Notes: a model not told the origin generated them from the letters alone. A stretch of 64,000 nucleotides of DNA from Octopus sinensis (GCF_006345805.1 NC_042999.1:25110001-25174000), one strand, 5' to 3'. Shown: positions 28,001 to 42,024, numbered from the stretch's first letter. Translations and numbers: made by a program.

Positions 28001-28774
28001 CCACTCAGTGTATATATACGCGCTTGTGTGTGTATTCGTGTTCATGTTGGCCTACTTTTATCTCGCAACCTAGAGGTTCGACAAAATTTAATTGCTAATA
28101 TATGTACCAGACTTGATTCGATATGACTCAATTAGATCCTGAAACAGCAAAAGATTAAGTGTATAATGTAGAAAGGACTTGCTTCAGTGTTTAAAAGAGC
28201 CAGTTATTTTGTTGTGATAAATTTTGGAGAAAAATAGAATGAAACTAACCTTAATACACCACTTCGTCTTTTTGGCCTTTATATTAGTTAATCTGGGCAG
28301 TAACTATGTAGTTCTATGTTTCTGTGATGGCTAAACCCATTAAATTAAACTATTTGGAATTTTCAATATAATTTAATCTTTTAGCGTGATAACCGAATAA
28401 AAACCTTTCTCCTCTCCTCTCTCTTTCGCATTATTTCTTGACATCCAATATAATATTTTACATTGTACTGAAAGAAATTAAAACAGTTAGCTTTTCTACT
28501 TAACAATACGTGAAGTAAGTTGACGTGTCAAGCGAAATATTTATCCGCAAATCAAAAACAGAGTATATTTTATGACAGGAAAAATCTAGATAATTTGAAT
28601 CTATTTCTGACAAATATATCATTTGTCTGTTGATCAGTGATGGTGTCTTGCTCCAAGGTAGCAAATAATTTTAATCACACATCGGATATTATTTCCTAGC
28701 ATTACCGAGCAAAAGCCATACAAGTTTGATGCGATATGCATATGTATATGTATATGTATAAGTATATGTATAAG

Positions 28775-28822
<48 letters not shown>

Positions 28823-29079
28823 CGAAATCTGATCAATAAGTACCCGAACTGTTGCGATAGCAACGAAGCTAAAGCATGCAGAGTAAAGCATGCAGAGTAA
28901 AGCCTTGAACTCTGCTGTGTATGTGCACTAAATTTTAATGTTCTAGCTCTCTTCCACTGTTAACAGTAGTGTTTCGAAGGAAGGTGTGTAGCGTGTGATC
29001 GTCGCAGTGACCATGACAGAGAAAGTTGTCATGACACCTGCTCAGAGGCCTACACGAAGTTGCAGAAAGTGCACGGAGA
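28823..29079 (+). mobile_element. mariner 5' end (truncated by the gap)
   Basis: TA|CGAAATCTGATCAATAAGTACCCGAACT TIR-like start, then MTEKV... and TCSEAYTKLQKVHGE (mariner N-terminal HTH-like). Confidence 0.65.
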
Positions 29080-29179
29080 NNNNNNNNNNNNNNNNNNNNN
29101 NNNNNNNNNNNNNNNNNNNNNNNNNNNNNNNNNNNNNNNNNNNNNNNNNNNNNNNNNNNNNNNNNNNNNNNNNNNNNNN
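29080..29179. other. Assembly gap (100 N)
   Basis: Run of N; contiguity across it is not established. Confidence 1.
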
Positions 29180-29567
29180 ATATATGAATGTATGTCTGTT
29201 GGTATGTATGTATGTATGTATGTATTATGGATGTAGTATGTGTGTGTTGTATGTTTTTTTTGTATTATGTATTTATTTATTATATTTTTATTATATATTA
29301 TTTATTCATTTTTGTACTTTTTATGATCTAGTTATATGTTTTTAAAACATATATTTTATTTTATATTTATGATTTGGTTTATGTCTATCATTGTTTGAAT
29401 TGCATAATAGTGTTTTTTTTATGTAATTTATATATATATATATAATATATATATATATTGTGTTGTGTGTGTGTGTGTGCTATTTACTAAAAATAGCACA
29501 CACACACACACAGAGAGATACAGACACATACACAGACACAGACACACACACAACACCACACACCACA

Positions 29568-29614
<47 letters not shown>

Positions 29615-29950
29615 GTTTTGATGAAGGAATCGGAAGATGGATTTAGTACGAATCTGTATTCAGCACAACGATCGTTTCGACCCATCCAGCAGCTGTCCCA
29701 TAAGGCTGGATATTGTGCATTTAGTGGCGTTGCATCAATCACACAAAAACACTACATACATAAATACATACACATACACACACCACACACACACAACACA
29801 CACATATACTATATATATATATCACATATCTACGATATACATACATATCTGCATATATTAATATATATGCCACACACACACACCACACCCCAGATATATA
29901 TATATATATATATATATAATATTTATAAATTTCTTTTTATAAATTTCAGC

Positions 29951-29982
<32 letters not shown>

Positions 29983-30019
29983 TATATATATATATATATA
30001 TATAGCTGAAATTTAAAAA

Positions 30020-31735
30020 AGATGACGAAGACAGGTATATGAACACCAAGCAGGTGTATTAGTTTGACGCTTGGAGAAAATGAAGAAAAGTCTTTTACAC
30101 TTAGAATCTCCGCTCTTCAACAGAAAGTAATACGAGAAAATAAACAGAGAGAGAATGAAAAAAACCTGTAGATTTAGCTCTCAGGCATGGTGACTGATTA
30201 GAAAAAAGTTTGAAACAAGAGGTTGGAAGAAAGGAAGATAATATAATGATGCTGAAGTCACATGAAGGTGCACCTGCGTGTGTATGTGTGAATGGTGTGT
30301 GTGTGTGTGTGTGTGTGAATAGGGGCTAGTGACTTTGATGTGTGTGGGTGTGTGCGTCTGTAACATATAGTGGTATGTGTGGTGACGCTATTGAAGATTG
30401 TGTGGGTGTGTGAATGATGGTGTGCGGGTGTGTGGATGATGGTGGGGTGTGGGTACTGGGAAGTGGCCAGTACTAATGGGCGCGGAGTGGTGTGAGTGTG
30501 GGTGTGTGTATGAGATGTGTGTGTAGGGTATGTGTGGTGTGTGTGTGTGTGGTGTGTGTGTATGTGTGGTGTGTGTGTGGGTGTGGTATGTGTGTGTTTG
30601 GGGTGGTATCAATGAAGGGATGAGGTGCGTAGGAGTGAAGAGAGGAAGTAGGTGTCAGATGAAAAGAGCAGGAGGATTCAGGTGAGGAAAGGAAGGGGAG
30701 TGAGAGGAAGAGAGGAGGGGAGTTGAGCCCATTTGATGCAAAGGAACAAAGAGAGAAGATTAATTCCTGTTTACAGTGAATGTGGGAGTCCGGATGGCCC
30801 GTGTGAAAAGACAGTCTGAACACAGACAGATGTGATTGACTGGTAGAGTGGAAATGGCGCAAGACCGGCGTATCATTGCCGAGTCTGATGTCTCGGAGGT
30901 GCTCTGTGAACCGGTCAGCCAAAAGGCGTCCCATTTGACCGATATATAGGGAATGGCAGAAAGAACAGGAGATGCAGTAAATAACGTTGCTGGAAGTGCA
31001 GTCAGTCATGTGATAGGGACGATGATGGGTGCTTGTGAAGATGGTGGTGTAGGTGAGGTAGGGGCAAATACAGCAGCTTGGGCGGGAGCAGGGGAACGAG
31101 CAAGGCTGGAAGTGGGGTTAAGGAAGATACTGTGGACCAGAATATCATGCAGGCTGCGGGCTTGTTTGTAGTTGGGAATGGGTAGGTTGGGGAAGAGGCG
31201 AATTGGGAGTAGGGTGTGGAGAGGCTGGTGTGGGTAGGGTGGGGGAAGAAATTAAGGTAGGAGTGTGAGTCGGTATGTTAGGTAGTGGATAGAGATAGTG
31301 AGAGCGTAGTGCTGTATACTGACAGAAATGTCGAGAAATACGATGGGAAAGTTAGAAATAGTGCAATAGAATTAGAGGGCAGGATGTAAGGATTGGACAA
31401 AAGGGAGGAAGGAATCAAGGTGTTCGTGTAAGAGTGAGGTCGCACTGATACAGTCATCGATATAAAAACCGTATAGTTCAGGAGTGGGGCCAATGAATCG
31501 TGAGAATATTTGGGCCTCAACGTAGCTAACGAACAGGTTCGCATAGTTGAGGACCATTCTTGTTCCCAAGGCCACTCCCGAGTTTGTTAGTAAAAATCCC
31601 TCGTGAACTAGAAACAGTTGAGGGAGAGAACAAGTACAGCTAAACGAAAAAGTGTGGGGGTGTCAGGCTGGGGGGATGGGTCGAAGGTCCAGAAAGTGTC
31701 AGGTTAGGGATTGTCTTTGGTACGCCCGGAGTGAT
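30020..31735 (-). mobile_element. Decayed Penelope-like element (RT + GIY-YIG endonuclease + terminal repeat)
   Basis: GVALGTRMVLNYANLFV...YIDDC (RT), TDSHSYLNF (thumb), CTSSNVIYCISC..C..LYIGQ.GR.L..RF.EH (GIY-YIG). Internal deletion; degenerate CTGTTGAAGAGC hammerhead remnant near 30110-30125. Confidence 0.85.
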
Positions 31736-32321
31736 AACGGAAGATATTTGTTCAAGACCAAGGAGCCACGGAGTAGAACTGAGCCCGAGACCAAGTGGCT
31801 GGAAAGTAAGCTTACCACCATACAGCCACTCCTGTGGTTTATGTGTACGTGAGATTCCCCAGAAAAGCCAATTACCGTGTAGTAGGAGAAAACATACAAC
31901 TTATTATAAAGATTAGATAAAATACGTAACTAATGCTATATGAAGCTTTAAAATACAAGACCTCAACACATATTGCATAATAGCCAGGTGCTCAGATATC
32001 AGGGCATGGATCACGTTTACACACACACACACACACGCACATTGAAGCACATACACAAAGATGCACAGACGCATACTCATTCTCAAACACACATGCATTC
32101 ACACACATACATACACACTCAAACATACACGCATATGCATGTGTATAGGTGTGTGGTGTGTGTATCTATATATGTATTTGCACATAAACACTTACACACA
32201 GCTACACAGATGCACTCCTTTATAGATACAGTGAGAGGGGAAGAGAGAAATATGTGTGAGCGTGTATTTTTTGGGGTGTAACACACACTGACATATTTAT
32301 GTATATATACATATATATGAA

Positions 32322-32712
32322 GGCGTAGGAGTGGTTGTGTGGTAAGCAGCTTACTTACCAATCACATGGTTCCGGGTTCAGTCCTACTGCGTGGCACCTT
32401 GGGCAAGTGTCTGCTACTATAGCCTCCAGTCGACCAAGGCCTTGTGAGTGGATTTGGTAGACGGAAACTGAAAGAAACCCGTCGTATATATGTACGTGTG
32501 TATATATGTTTGTGTGTCTGTGTTTGTTCCCCGAACATTGCTTTACAACCGATACTGGTGTGTTTATGTCCCTGTAACTTAGCGGTTCCGCAAAAGAACC
32601 CGATAGAATAAGTACTAGGCTTACAAAGAATAAGTCCTGGGGTCGACTTGCACGACTAAAGACGGTACTCCAGCATGGCCACAGTCAAATGACTGAAACA
32701 AGTAAAAGAGAG
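32322..32712 (+). mobile_element. SINE family B (full length)
   Basis: Colinear with 4832-5244. Confidence 0.9.
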
Positions 32713-32861
32713 TATGTATATAAGTGTATATGATATATATAATATATATATATTATATGTATGTAGATATATAATTATGTATATATGTATTATATGTATG
32801 TATATATATAATACATACATATATAATATATGATATATATATATAATATATAGTATATATG

Positions 32862-32895
<34 letters not shown>

Positions 32896-33225
32896 TGTAT
32901 GTATGTATGTATGTATGTATGTATGTATTGTATGTATGTATGTATATATGAGTTTTATCTCGCTGGAGAAATATGTTGTGGCTTGCCGCTCTCAGTTCCT
33001 TGAACATCTCATGAGATTGGTGATTTTATGTGGTTATTCGAGTTATGTCTTTTAACTCTTATTTCTAGCAGTTGCAGGTGCTAGTTTATACCCTTATTTA
33101 TGTATTCTGCCATTTTGGTTTTTAATTGCTGTAGCCACCCGTATCATAATGTATTTAATATATCATATTATTAATTTATCGTTACAATATCATATTGTAT
33201 TTTTATATATGCTTGTATACACACA

Positions 33226-33264
<39 letters not shown>

Positions 33265-33444
33265 GTATATTTGACTTTTCGTGTGTGAGTGGGTGTGTGA
33301 GTGCATGCGTGTAAGCGTGTGCGTACATTCATACGCAGCGACTTAATCGTGTTTAGGCGGTTGTAATTTTATATGCAAATATCGGCGTACACATATTTTA
33401 ACATATATACTCGTATAACTGGATAAGCAGAAACATTCAGTATA

Positions 33445-33858
33445 TACTCTGTTACACTTTTACTATTTTACTTGTTTCAGTCATTTGACTGCGGCCATGC
33501 TGGAGCACCACCTTTAATCGAGCAACTCGACCCCGGGACTTATTCTTTGTAAGTCCAGTACTTTTTCTATCGATCACTTTTGCCGAACCGCTAAGTGATG
33601 GGGACATAAACACACCAGCATCGGTTGTCAAGCAATGCTAGGGGGGAAACACAAATATACACGCTCACACACATATACATATATACACATATATACGACG
33701 GGCTTCTTTCAGTTTCCGTCTACCAAATCCACTCACAAGGCCTTGGTCGGCCCGAGGCTATAGTAGAAGACACTTGCCCAAGGTGCCACGCAGTGGGACT
33801 GAACCCGGTACCATATGTTGGTAAACAAGCTACTTACCACACAACCACTCCTGCGTCT
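33445..33858 (-). mobile_element. SINE family B (full length)
   Basis: Reverse complement of the family B sequence. Confidence 0.9.
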
Positions 33859-33989
33859 ATTATATGTTCACAAATTTTCCTCAAACCATACATGGGGACC
33901 CATACATACGCACAAACATAAAAATACACATTTGCACACACACACGTATATGACTGTATACATACATATATGTGTATATATATGTATAT

Positions 33990-34169
33990 ACAATTTATAG
34001 GTAAGGGCAAAAGAAAAAAATTCTAATGCCAAAATATGCCGAAAATGGACACTACGTCAATAACCGTGTAATATATCACTTGTGCTTGTGGTGATATATT
34101 ACATGGTTATTGACGTAGTGTCCATTTTCGGCATTAGAATTTTTTCTTTTGCCCTTACTTATAAATTGT
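33990..34169. repeat. Fold-back palindrome in (TA)-rich context
   Basis: Arms CAATTTATAGGTAAGGGCAAAAG...AATATATCAC / GTGATATATT...CTTTTGCCCTTACTTATAAATTG with a short spacer near 34085. Confidence 0.85.
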
Positions 34170-34420
34170 TTATAAATTTAACCTTTAAAGGTATTTTGTA
34201 ATATGCTGGACATTGATAGAATTTTTTTCGAAAAATTCTATCCTATATTAGATATATAAATACACATATACACACACATATTTATATGTGTGTGTGTGTA
34301 TATATGTATTTATGTATAAATTTATATATATGTATATTATATATATATATATATATTTATACACACACACACAAATACACACACACACATACACACACAA
34401 ACACACACACACACACACAC

Positions 34421-34461
<41 letters not shown>

Positions 34462-34924
34462 GTGTGTACGAGTCCGTATATCCAGACTCATATAAATACA
34501 AAATATAAGAAACATGATCCGAAAATCAGGCTCTTGTTAGCTTCTGAGTATGTTAAAAGCAGATAGCACATTTGAGAAATCGTGTATTTGATATTTGTTT
34601 ATAATATATAATATATATGAGCGCAATGAAGTCAGTGAATTTTAGGAACCTTGCGGAATACTTCAGAGAACTAGTATAAACAATATTTTTTAAAATACAA
34701 GAGAATTACTGATAGATATACATGCTAGCTTTAGGCGTGAATTAAATATATATATACTGAAACTATTCGCTATATTATCAATTGGTATTATGAGTACAAT
34801 ATACAAAAATAATGTGCTGTATGTTTATATGTTATATATTTCTTTCTATTTCGTTCATTCCATTTCGTTGTTTTAAAAATGTAAATATAACTCGAGACAA
34901 AACTACTTACATTGCAGTTGACGA

Positions 34925-35004
<80 letters not shown>

Positions 35005-35025
35005 TATATATATTATATATATAAT

Positions 35026-35251
35026 ATATATAAAAAAGGAAATGAAGAAAATGCTGACAAATAATTGAAGTAATTAAGTAATTAATTAGGTGAAAGTTCT
35101 TTTTACGGTTGCGCATTTGTTATGCTTATCAAAATATCATATTTTGATAAGCATAACAAATGCGCAACCGGTAAAAAGAACTTTCACCAAATTAATTACT
35201 TAAATTACTTCAATTATTTGTCAGCATTTTCTCATTTCCTTTTTTATATAT
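35026..35251. repeat. Fold-back palindrome between (TA)n arrays
   Basis: ~112-bp arms with centre ATCAAAATAT-C-ATATTTTGAT at 35138. Confidence 0.9.
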
Positions 35252-35282
35252 CACCACTCGTGTTCGACATCTCCTTTTTTTA

Positions 35283-35326
<44 letters not shown>

Positions 35327-35375
35327 TATATATATAGATATATAATATATATATATATATATAATATATATATAC

Positions 35376-35410
<35 letters not shown>

Positions 35411-35635
35411 CATATATACATAAGATATATATATACATGTACATATGCATATGTACAATATATATATATGTCCTGTATACACTCATCATATGCGTGTGTG
35501 TATCTATATATATATATGTATATATATCTAGTTTATAATATATAATTACGACGCATCTACATGACATATATATATATATATATATCTATATAATGTATAT
35601 ATATATCTATATTATTATATATATATAGACTATAT

Positions 35636-35681
<46 letters not shown>

Positions 35682-37914
35682 ACAGACATGCCAACAAATG
35701 TACATGTACAGATACAGCTACAGATGTAATGGAATAATATTTCAAAACGTAAGAAAATTAGTAAAATACTTTAAAAAAGAAACTCTGAAATTATAAATAT
35801 TTGTTTTACATTCACCTCAAATGGATATCATTTTCAGAAATACATTTATTTATCATCATCTGTGGGTGTTGTGAAAGGAAAATTTACAGTATAGATTAAT
35901 GATCTCTGAGGTCTCGAGTTCAAATGAATTGTATTTTGCCTTTGAACTAGTTATTTCTGTTTCACTCTTATTAGCACAGCAATCTTGTCCTTAGATATCT
36001 TTAGGGAGTAGTCTCTGTTGTAAACAAAATGGATCATAGCCACTGTCTTTCTGCATTTCTCGTCTTCAGTTTAGAGACATAGCTGCAGCACTTTGTCGAA
36101 GATCACTTTACTCAGATGTTTAGAATGAGAACCAGATTACCGCAGAATGTAATTTATGATGGATTGCAGTTCCCGCCTGTGTAACATCTGTCTCGTGCTA
36201 GTTAACACGAGGAAGCCAAATTGCTCGAAGCAAGGTTGACGTCAGAGCTACTTTGTTAAGAAGTTTGCAATCAGGTGACTCTCCTATAATGGATTAGTAA
36301 GCAATTCTCTATCAGAAAAAAACCCTTCCATTTTCTTTTCTTGTTTTAAACCCTATCAATGCTGCTTATCTCATAGAGGAAAATTCCAGTACTTCTCTCT
36401 CCACTAGGGTCACTACTACCTACATATACACCACAAGGTGAAAGTAACCCTTGAATATTCAAACTAACAAGGCTACCAGTTTTGACATTGTGACTAATTG
36501 TGTATTGTCCCCATACACATTGTTGGATGGAAGGATCAAATTTGAGAGGTAGACGCAAAAAATTAAAAAAATTAACACTATCAACCAGATGACATTTTTG
36601 TACTTTTAACATAGATATCTTGCAAACATTCAGGCCTTATATCTGTTCAGAGAATAAGTCATTACGTGCAGCTTCTTTCTCCTTTTCACTCTTATACGCA
36701 AAGGGACCCTGAAATATGCCATTGGCGCTGCGCTTCCTCCTTTGATTAAAGCTTTAAAAATGAACTAGATTATTTGGGGAGGTATCAACTAGATATTCTA
36801 GCCCTATTATCTAGAAACTGAATTTCAATAGCAGAATTGTGCACCGCTTTATAAGTTTTTACATACATGCATCACTAATTTTTCTTTAACATTCAGTCGG
36901 ACATTACACTGTCGTAGCTCAGAATGAACAAGGGAAAGTGGATAATATACCGAAATTTGGGCCCATTGGAACTAGTGCAACATATTAACTTAGATTTGAC
37001 AACTGGGCATGCAGATCGAAGGGATTTCGGAGTTTATATTTTCAATTTTAAAGCAGAATAAATCAGTTTTAACTGAATTACTTTTAAAATTACGTGCTTA
37101 ATCTAAGTCCTTTTTTAATTATTGAAAATTAGCGATAAATTAAAATTAGTCATTAATATATGTTAGTGATTAATTTAAAAGTACTTGTGGATATCTGTGA
37201 ATATGTTACCATTGAATAATGGCGAGTCCTGTAAAGCAAGAAATACACTTCCAAGTATTTTTGAAGTTGTGGCTGCTTAATTTATTCAAACGCCAATGTT
37301 GCGTTTGGAATCGCCAAACACGATAGGATACATTTCTTATTTTACTAAACCACTGAAACATTACACCTTGATCCTAATCGAAATGGGGAACAAAACTGAA
37401 TATGCTTTGTAGATATAGTGTTACCTTATAGTTAGCGAGGGAAGAGCAGTATTCATAATCCCTTATGTTGCAGATCCCCCAAAACTTGTAGGAATAAAAA
37501 GGGAGTTATCTTCAAACTAGAAGCCTGGCTCAAATGCTTTCAACCAAGTGAGCTCTTTTAACCTCCTCCCCACCACCAAGGACCATATCATGTAACTGTA
37601 TCAGTGATGTCCTGATTTGATTGCTAGAAATGGATCAGAAGGATCGTCTTGGAGATAAGAAACACATTTTCATGATGGAAAAATTTTTTTAAGTAAATTC
37701 ATCGGAATCAGGTGGCAGGAACACCGCCTATTGACCCACCCCCACCCCAAGTACTTGGCTGCTAATTATTATTATGGACCTCGATACGTGACTGATACTT
37801 AATAAACCTCGGAGTGATAAAAGACAAAAATGATAAGGTGAGTTTAAACTACTCAGAAAATAAGAGGACGTAACTAAATGCAACAAAACACCAACCCTAT
37901 CATTGCACCTTCGT

Positions 37915-38300
37915 TGTACCAGTTCTATCATTAGACCACCATTCTACCAATTCTATAAATCTACCAATTAATAATTCTAATTGTAGACCATTATTCTGTC
38001 AATTCTACCAATCCATAGTTCTACTACCGAACCACTATTCTACCAATTCTACCAATATATCATAATTCTACCAATTCCATCAATTGATTATTAATCGACC
38101 ATCATATACCAATTCTACTAGTACCTAATCCTAATAATAGATCACTTTTCTACCAATTCTACTAATTCCTAAATCAGTCAACAGGCGACCATTCTATCAA
38201 TTCTACCAATCCATTACTCTATTTTATAGTTCGCCATTCTACCAAGTCTACCAATCCATAATTCTACTAAGTGACCAACATTTTACTAATTCTATCAATG
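37915..38300. repeat. Degenerate (ATTCTACCA)n 9-mer minisatellite
   Basis: Repeated ATTCTACCA(ATT) units with higher-order spacing. Confidence 0.75.
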
Positions 38301-38418
38301 CCAAGAAACAATTTAGCCCATCATTCAGCTTGGAATTTATAAATAGGAAAACATCTTCCCTATCTGCTGTTCATCTAAGGCTGAATATCATATACACTTA
38401 CTTGCTATTAAAAGTGGG

Positions 38419-38836
38419 TTACTCTTTACTCTTTACTCTTTTACTTGTTTCAGTCATTTGACTGCGGCCATGCTGGAGCACCGCCTTTAGTCGATCAAAT
38501 CGACCCCGGAACTTATTCTTATAAGCCCAGTACTTATTCTATCGGTCTCTTTTGCCGAACCGCTAAGTGGCGGGGACGTAGACACACCAGCATCGGTTGT
38601 CAAGCAATGCTAGGGGCACAAACACAGACACACAAACACATACACATATATATATATATATATACATATATACGACAGGCTTCTTTCAGTTTCCGTCTAC
38701 CAAATCCACTTACAAGGCATTGGTCGGCCCGGGGCTATAGCAGAAGACACTTGCCCAAGATGCCACGCAGTGGGACTGAACCCGCAACCATGTGGTTGGT
38801 TAGCAAGCTACTTACCACACAGCCACTCCTGCACCT
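38419..38836 (-). mobile_element. SINE family B (full length)
   Basis: Reverse complement of the family B sequence. Confidence 0.9.
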
Positions 38837-39489
38837 GCATATATCTGTTACGAATTACTATGATAAACTTGTAATCACCCTAAACCCATAAAATCCGACA
38901 TCGGAAAGCATTGAGGAAAAGACAAATCAACTAAAACTTGTCATCTAACACCAAAGTAGACTCCCTATCAGAGATATCAAGTGAATCTCCCTCAGATCAA
39001 GCCTTTCCATCTTAGGAAAGGGAACATTGGTTGTTGTAACACGAGGACATTATGTGGTATGACGTACGACTTCTCGTCGTCACTGTTATATCTGAACAGA
39101 CAGTTTTTCGAAATCAGTGACGGACGTTACTAGAAAAAAACGCTTAAGTATTTGCATACAGGTCTTCCTTTTCATCGTAAACCGGTGATTACCGCCCGTT
39201 GACAAGAGGCAACTACCTCGAAACTGCGGTCCGTGCGTATCACTTAGGCTTACGAGAGAGGGATGACCTCCCTTTGCAAATACCATAAGGGCACAGATAG
39301 TGTGCCTAAAGTCAGCTGGAGACGATGATCTTCTGGGGCTAAAAGCTACAGTAACACCATGGTTAGCCATATTGAGATGGCTAGTATACTTTACATTGTT
39401 ATAATACTGTTTCTGATGTTCCCCTGTTACTCTCCAACTGTGTATCTTCAACAAGCATTCCACGATATCTCTATTCAGTAATCTACAAG

Positions 39490-41040
39490 GTAAATTTCTG
39501 CAGTGCAAAAATTTATGAAATTTCTTTACTGCAACGATAATAGCTAATACCTCTTTCTCTGTCTGGGTGTAATTTGTTTTTGCGCTGATAGTAATGTACG
39601 TGACGCATGTGCGATCGGTTTTACGTTACCATTTTCCAACTTAAGTAAGATTACTGCTCCGATCCGAGACTCGCTAGCATCTGATGCTACAATTATTTTT
39701 AGTTTCGGATCAAAATGTGCAAGAGATAGCTCTGACGTTAACATCTTTTTAATATCTTTGAATGTTTTTTGGCATTCGTCAGTCCAACACCGTTTCACAT
39801 CTTTGTTCAGCAGTTTGCTTAAAGGTGCTCTTAGCTCATGCATTCTTTGAATATACATTTGATAATAATTCGCAAGACCTAGAAAAGCTTGAAGGTTGTT
39901 ATATTAGTCGGAGGAAGCATATCTTTAATTGCGTCTGTCCTCGACGGGTCCAGTCGTCGTCCATTCTTGTCAATAATTTGTCCTAAATACTTAATTTCAA
40001 CTAAGAAAAATTCACATTTTTTCCTCACTCAGTGTGAAACCGTAATCTCTTATTTTTTTCAAAAACACACTTAACGTGCTCGACATGCTGATCACGAGAT
40101 TCACTTTTAATAAATGTACCATCCAAGTATGGAACTGCGAACTACAGTCCGCTAACATTGTATCTACAACCTGTTGAAGAATTGCGAGTGCAACTTTTAT
40201 TCCGAAAGAAAGTCGGTTAAACTTGTATAACCCTTTGTGCGTGTTTATCGTTAACAGCTTGGAACATTCTTCGTCTACCTGCAGCTGTAAATAAGCTTCC
40301 GATAACTTCAGTTTAGAAAACAGTTTATCTCTATTAAGCTTGGCAAAAATTTCCTCTGGACTTGGTAATGGATAGTTATAAGTTGTCAGACATTCATTAA
40401 ATCCCGTCGAAAAATCGGCGCAGATCCTTATTTTGTTATTTTTCTGTTTTATGTACACAGCTGGTGCTGCCCATTCCGAATAGTCTAATTTTGTATTACA
40501 CCAATATTCTCTTTTCAATTGTTTTTCTACTTGATTCAGTGCCGCAAAAGACACAACTCTCTTTGGGTTAAAAACCGGAACGGCATTTTTTTTTAGTTGA
40601 ATGTCACTTTTATTTTCTACATGTATCAAGTTCTTCTGAAAAAAACATCAGGATATGTTTGTTTAAATTTCATTTTTAACTTCTCAGATGTCTTGTTCGA
40701 ACTGGATTGCGACGCATTCACATTATTACAGAAAATGCTTATGGGCAAATCCCACAAATTAAATGTCTCCATCCAATCTGTACCAAACAGAATCATGGTA
40801 TTTTCTGATATGTAGACCTTCGCTTTGAACGTCTTCCCATGAAATGTTACATCTGGCGTTAATTCACTCAGGAACCAAACTTGCTGTCCAGAGACTCCAC
40901 GAGCTATTTGCTTTGTTTTCTTGAACGTAGGTCTTCCAATTTTCTTCTAAGTTTCAGTATTTATTATTGAGATATTGCTTCCTATGTCTAGTTGTAATCT
41001 TGTGTATACATTATTATTTTTTACCGATACAAATTTTCGT
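39490..41040 (-). pseudogene. Gypsy pol remnant: aspartic protease, RT, RNase H (integrase absent)
   Basis: LQLDIGS (protease), SEWAAP...KIRICADFSTG..YPLPSPEEIFAKL (RT), IIVASDAS..RIGAVI...KPIAHASRTL, NYTQTEKE.LAII (RNase H). Frameshifted. Confidence 0.9.
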
Positions 41041-41353
41041 TTTTTTTGCCCCACTGTCTGTTTTCACTGAAAACACTTTATTTGGTTTTCCTGTGACTGT
41101 TTATGCCGCGTTTTGCCACAAGCAAAACATTCTTTATTCCTAAAGGGGCAGCCCATTTGAAGTGCAACTCGCCGTAACCATAACACTGTTTGGGCCTTGT
41201 TTGTTTTACTTTGTTGTTTGTCATAGGTCGACATGCCTGTACATTTATATTATTATTTTCAATTTTTTCAGTATCTTGCCGTAGGTTAATAATACGTTGA
41301 CATTCTTCTGCCACTTTCTGTAAGGTTAATTCAGTGTCTTGTGTCAATTTTGT

Positions 41354-41781
41354 GGATCTTTTCAGTTTGAACGGCAGTTTTTTTCTAGCGGTGTCATATG
41401 AAATTGTCACCCATAATTATGACCCTAGTATCGATCTATCGCATTTCAATCTGTTTTAGGGTTAGGGTTCGTTAGGGTTAGGGGTGGGGGGAAGGGTATC
41501 TTTTTTTCATCACAAATGTAAATAAACCCAATCTGTTTCTTAAACGAGGGACATATTCATACGGCACAGAATGTTTTTTTACCTCGATGGACGTCATTGA
41601 TTGGTTGAAATTGGAGACATTGAAGAAAAAAACAACAAATATCTTACAAACTATAGAATTTTCTCAATAAAGCCAAGAGAAAAAGATGTTTTATAGACAC
41701 ATTCTACCAGTATACGAAGTTTAAAATTTTTTAGTTACCTAGAAATTATGTTAAAAACTGCCGTTCAAACCGAAAAGATCC
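41354..41781. mobile_element. MITE with ~28-bp TIRs, 8-bp TSD and internal TTAGGG repeats (Merlin-like, tentative)
   Basis: GGATCTTTTCAGTTTGAACGGCAGTTTTT / AAAAACTGCCGTTCAAACCGAAAAGATCC. TSD AATTTTGT vs AATGTTGT. Second copy at 52854-53262. Confidence 0.85.
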
Positions 41782-41993
41782 AATGTTGTTAATATTTCGC
41801 TCGTGTTTCCGCATCCTCACTTACAGTTAGTTCTTTGACAAATATCAAACATTTAAACATATCTGGAGACAAATCTCCAAACTTGAATTTTTCGCATACT
41901 TTGTTTACAATTCCTGCATATGTAACAAAGTCATCATTTTCAGTTTTTAAAAGATTTAGGCATTCCTAACGTATTTTGAATAGCGAGCTCTTT

Positions 41994-42024
<31 letters not shown>

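Noticed and set aside
41455-41496. Telomere or chromosome-fusion scar
   Set aside because: Only about four TTAGGG-like units, and they are internal to a MITE.
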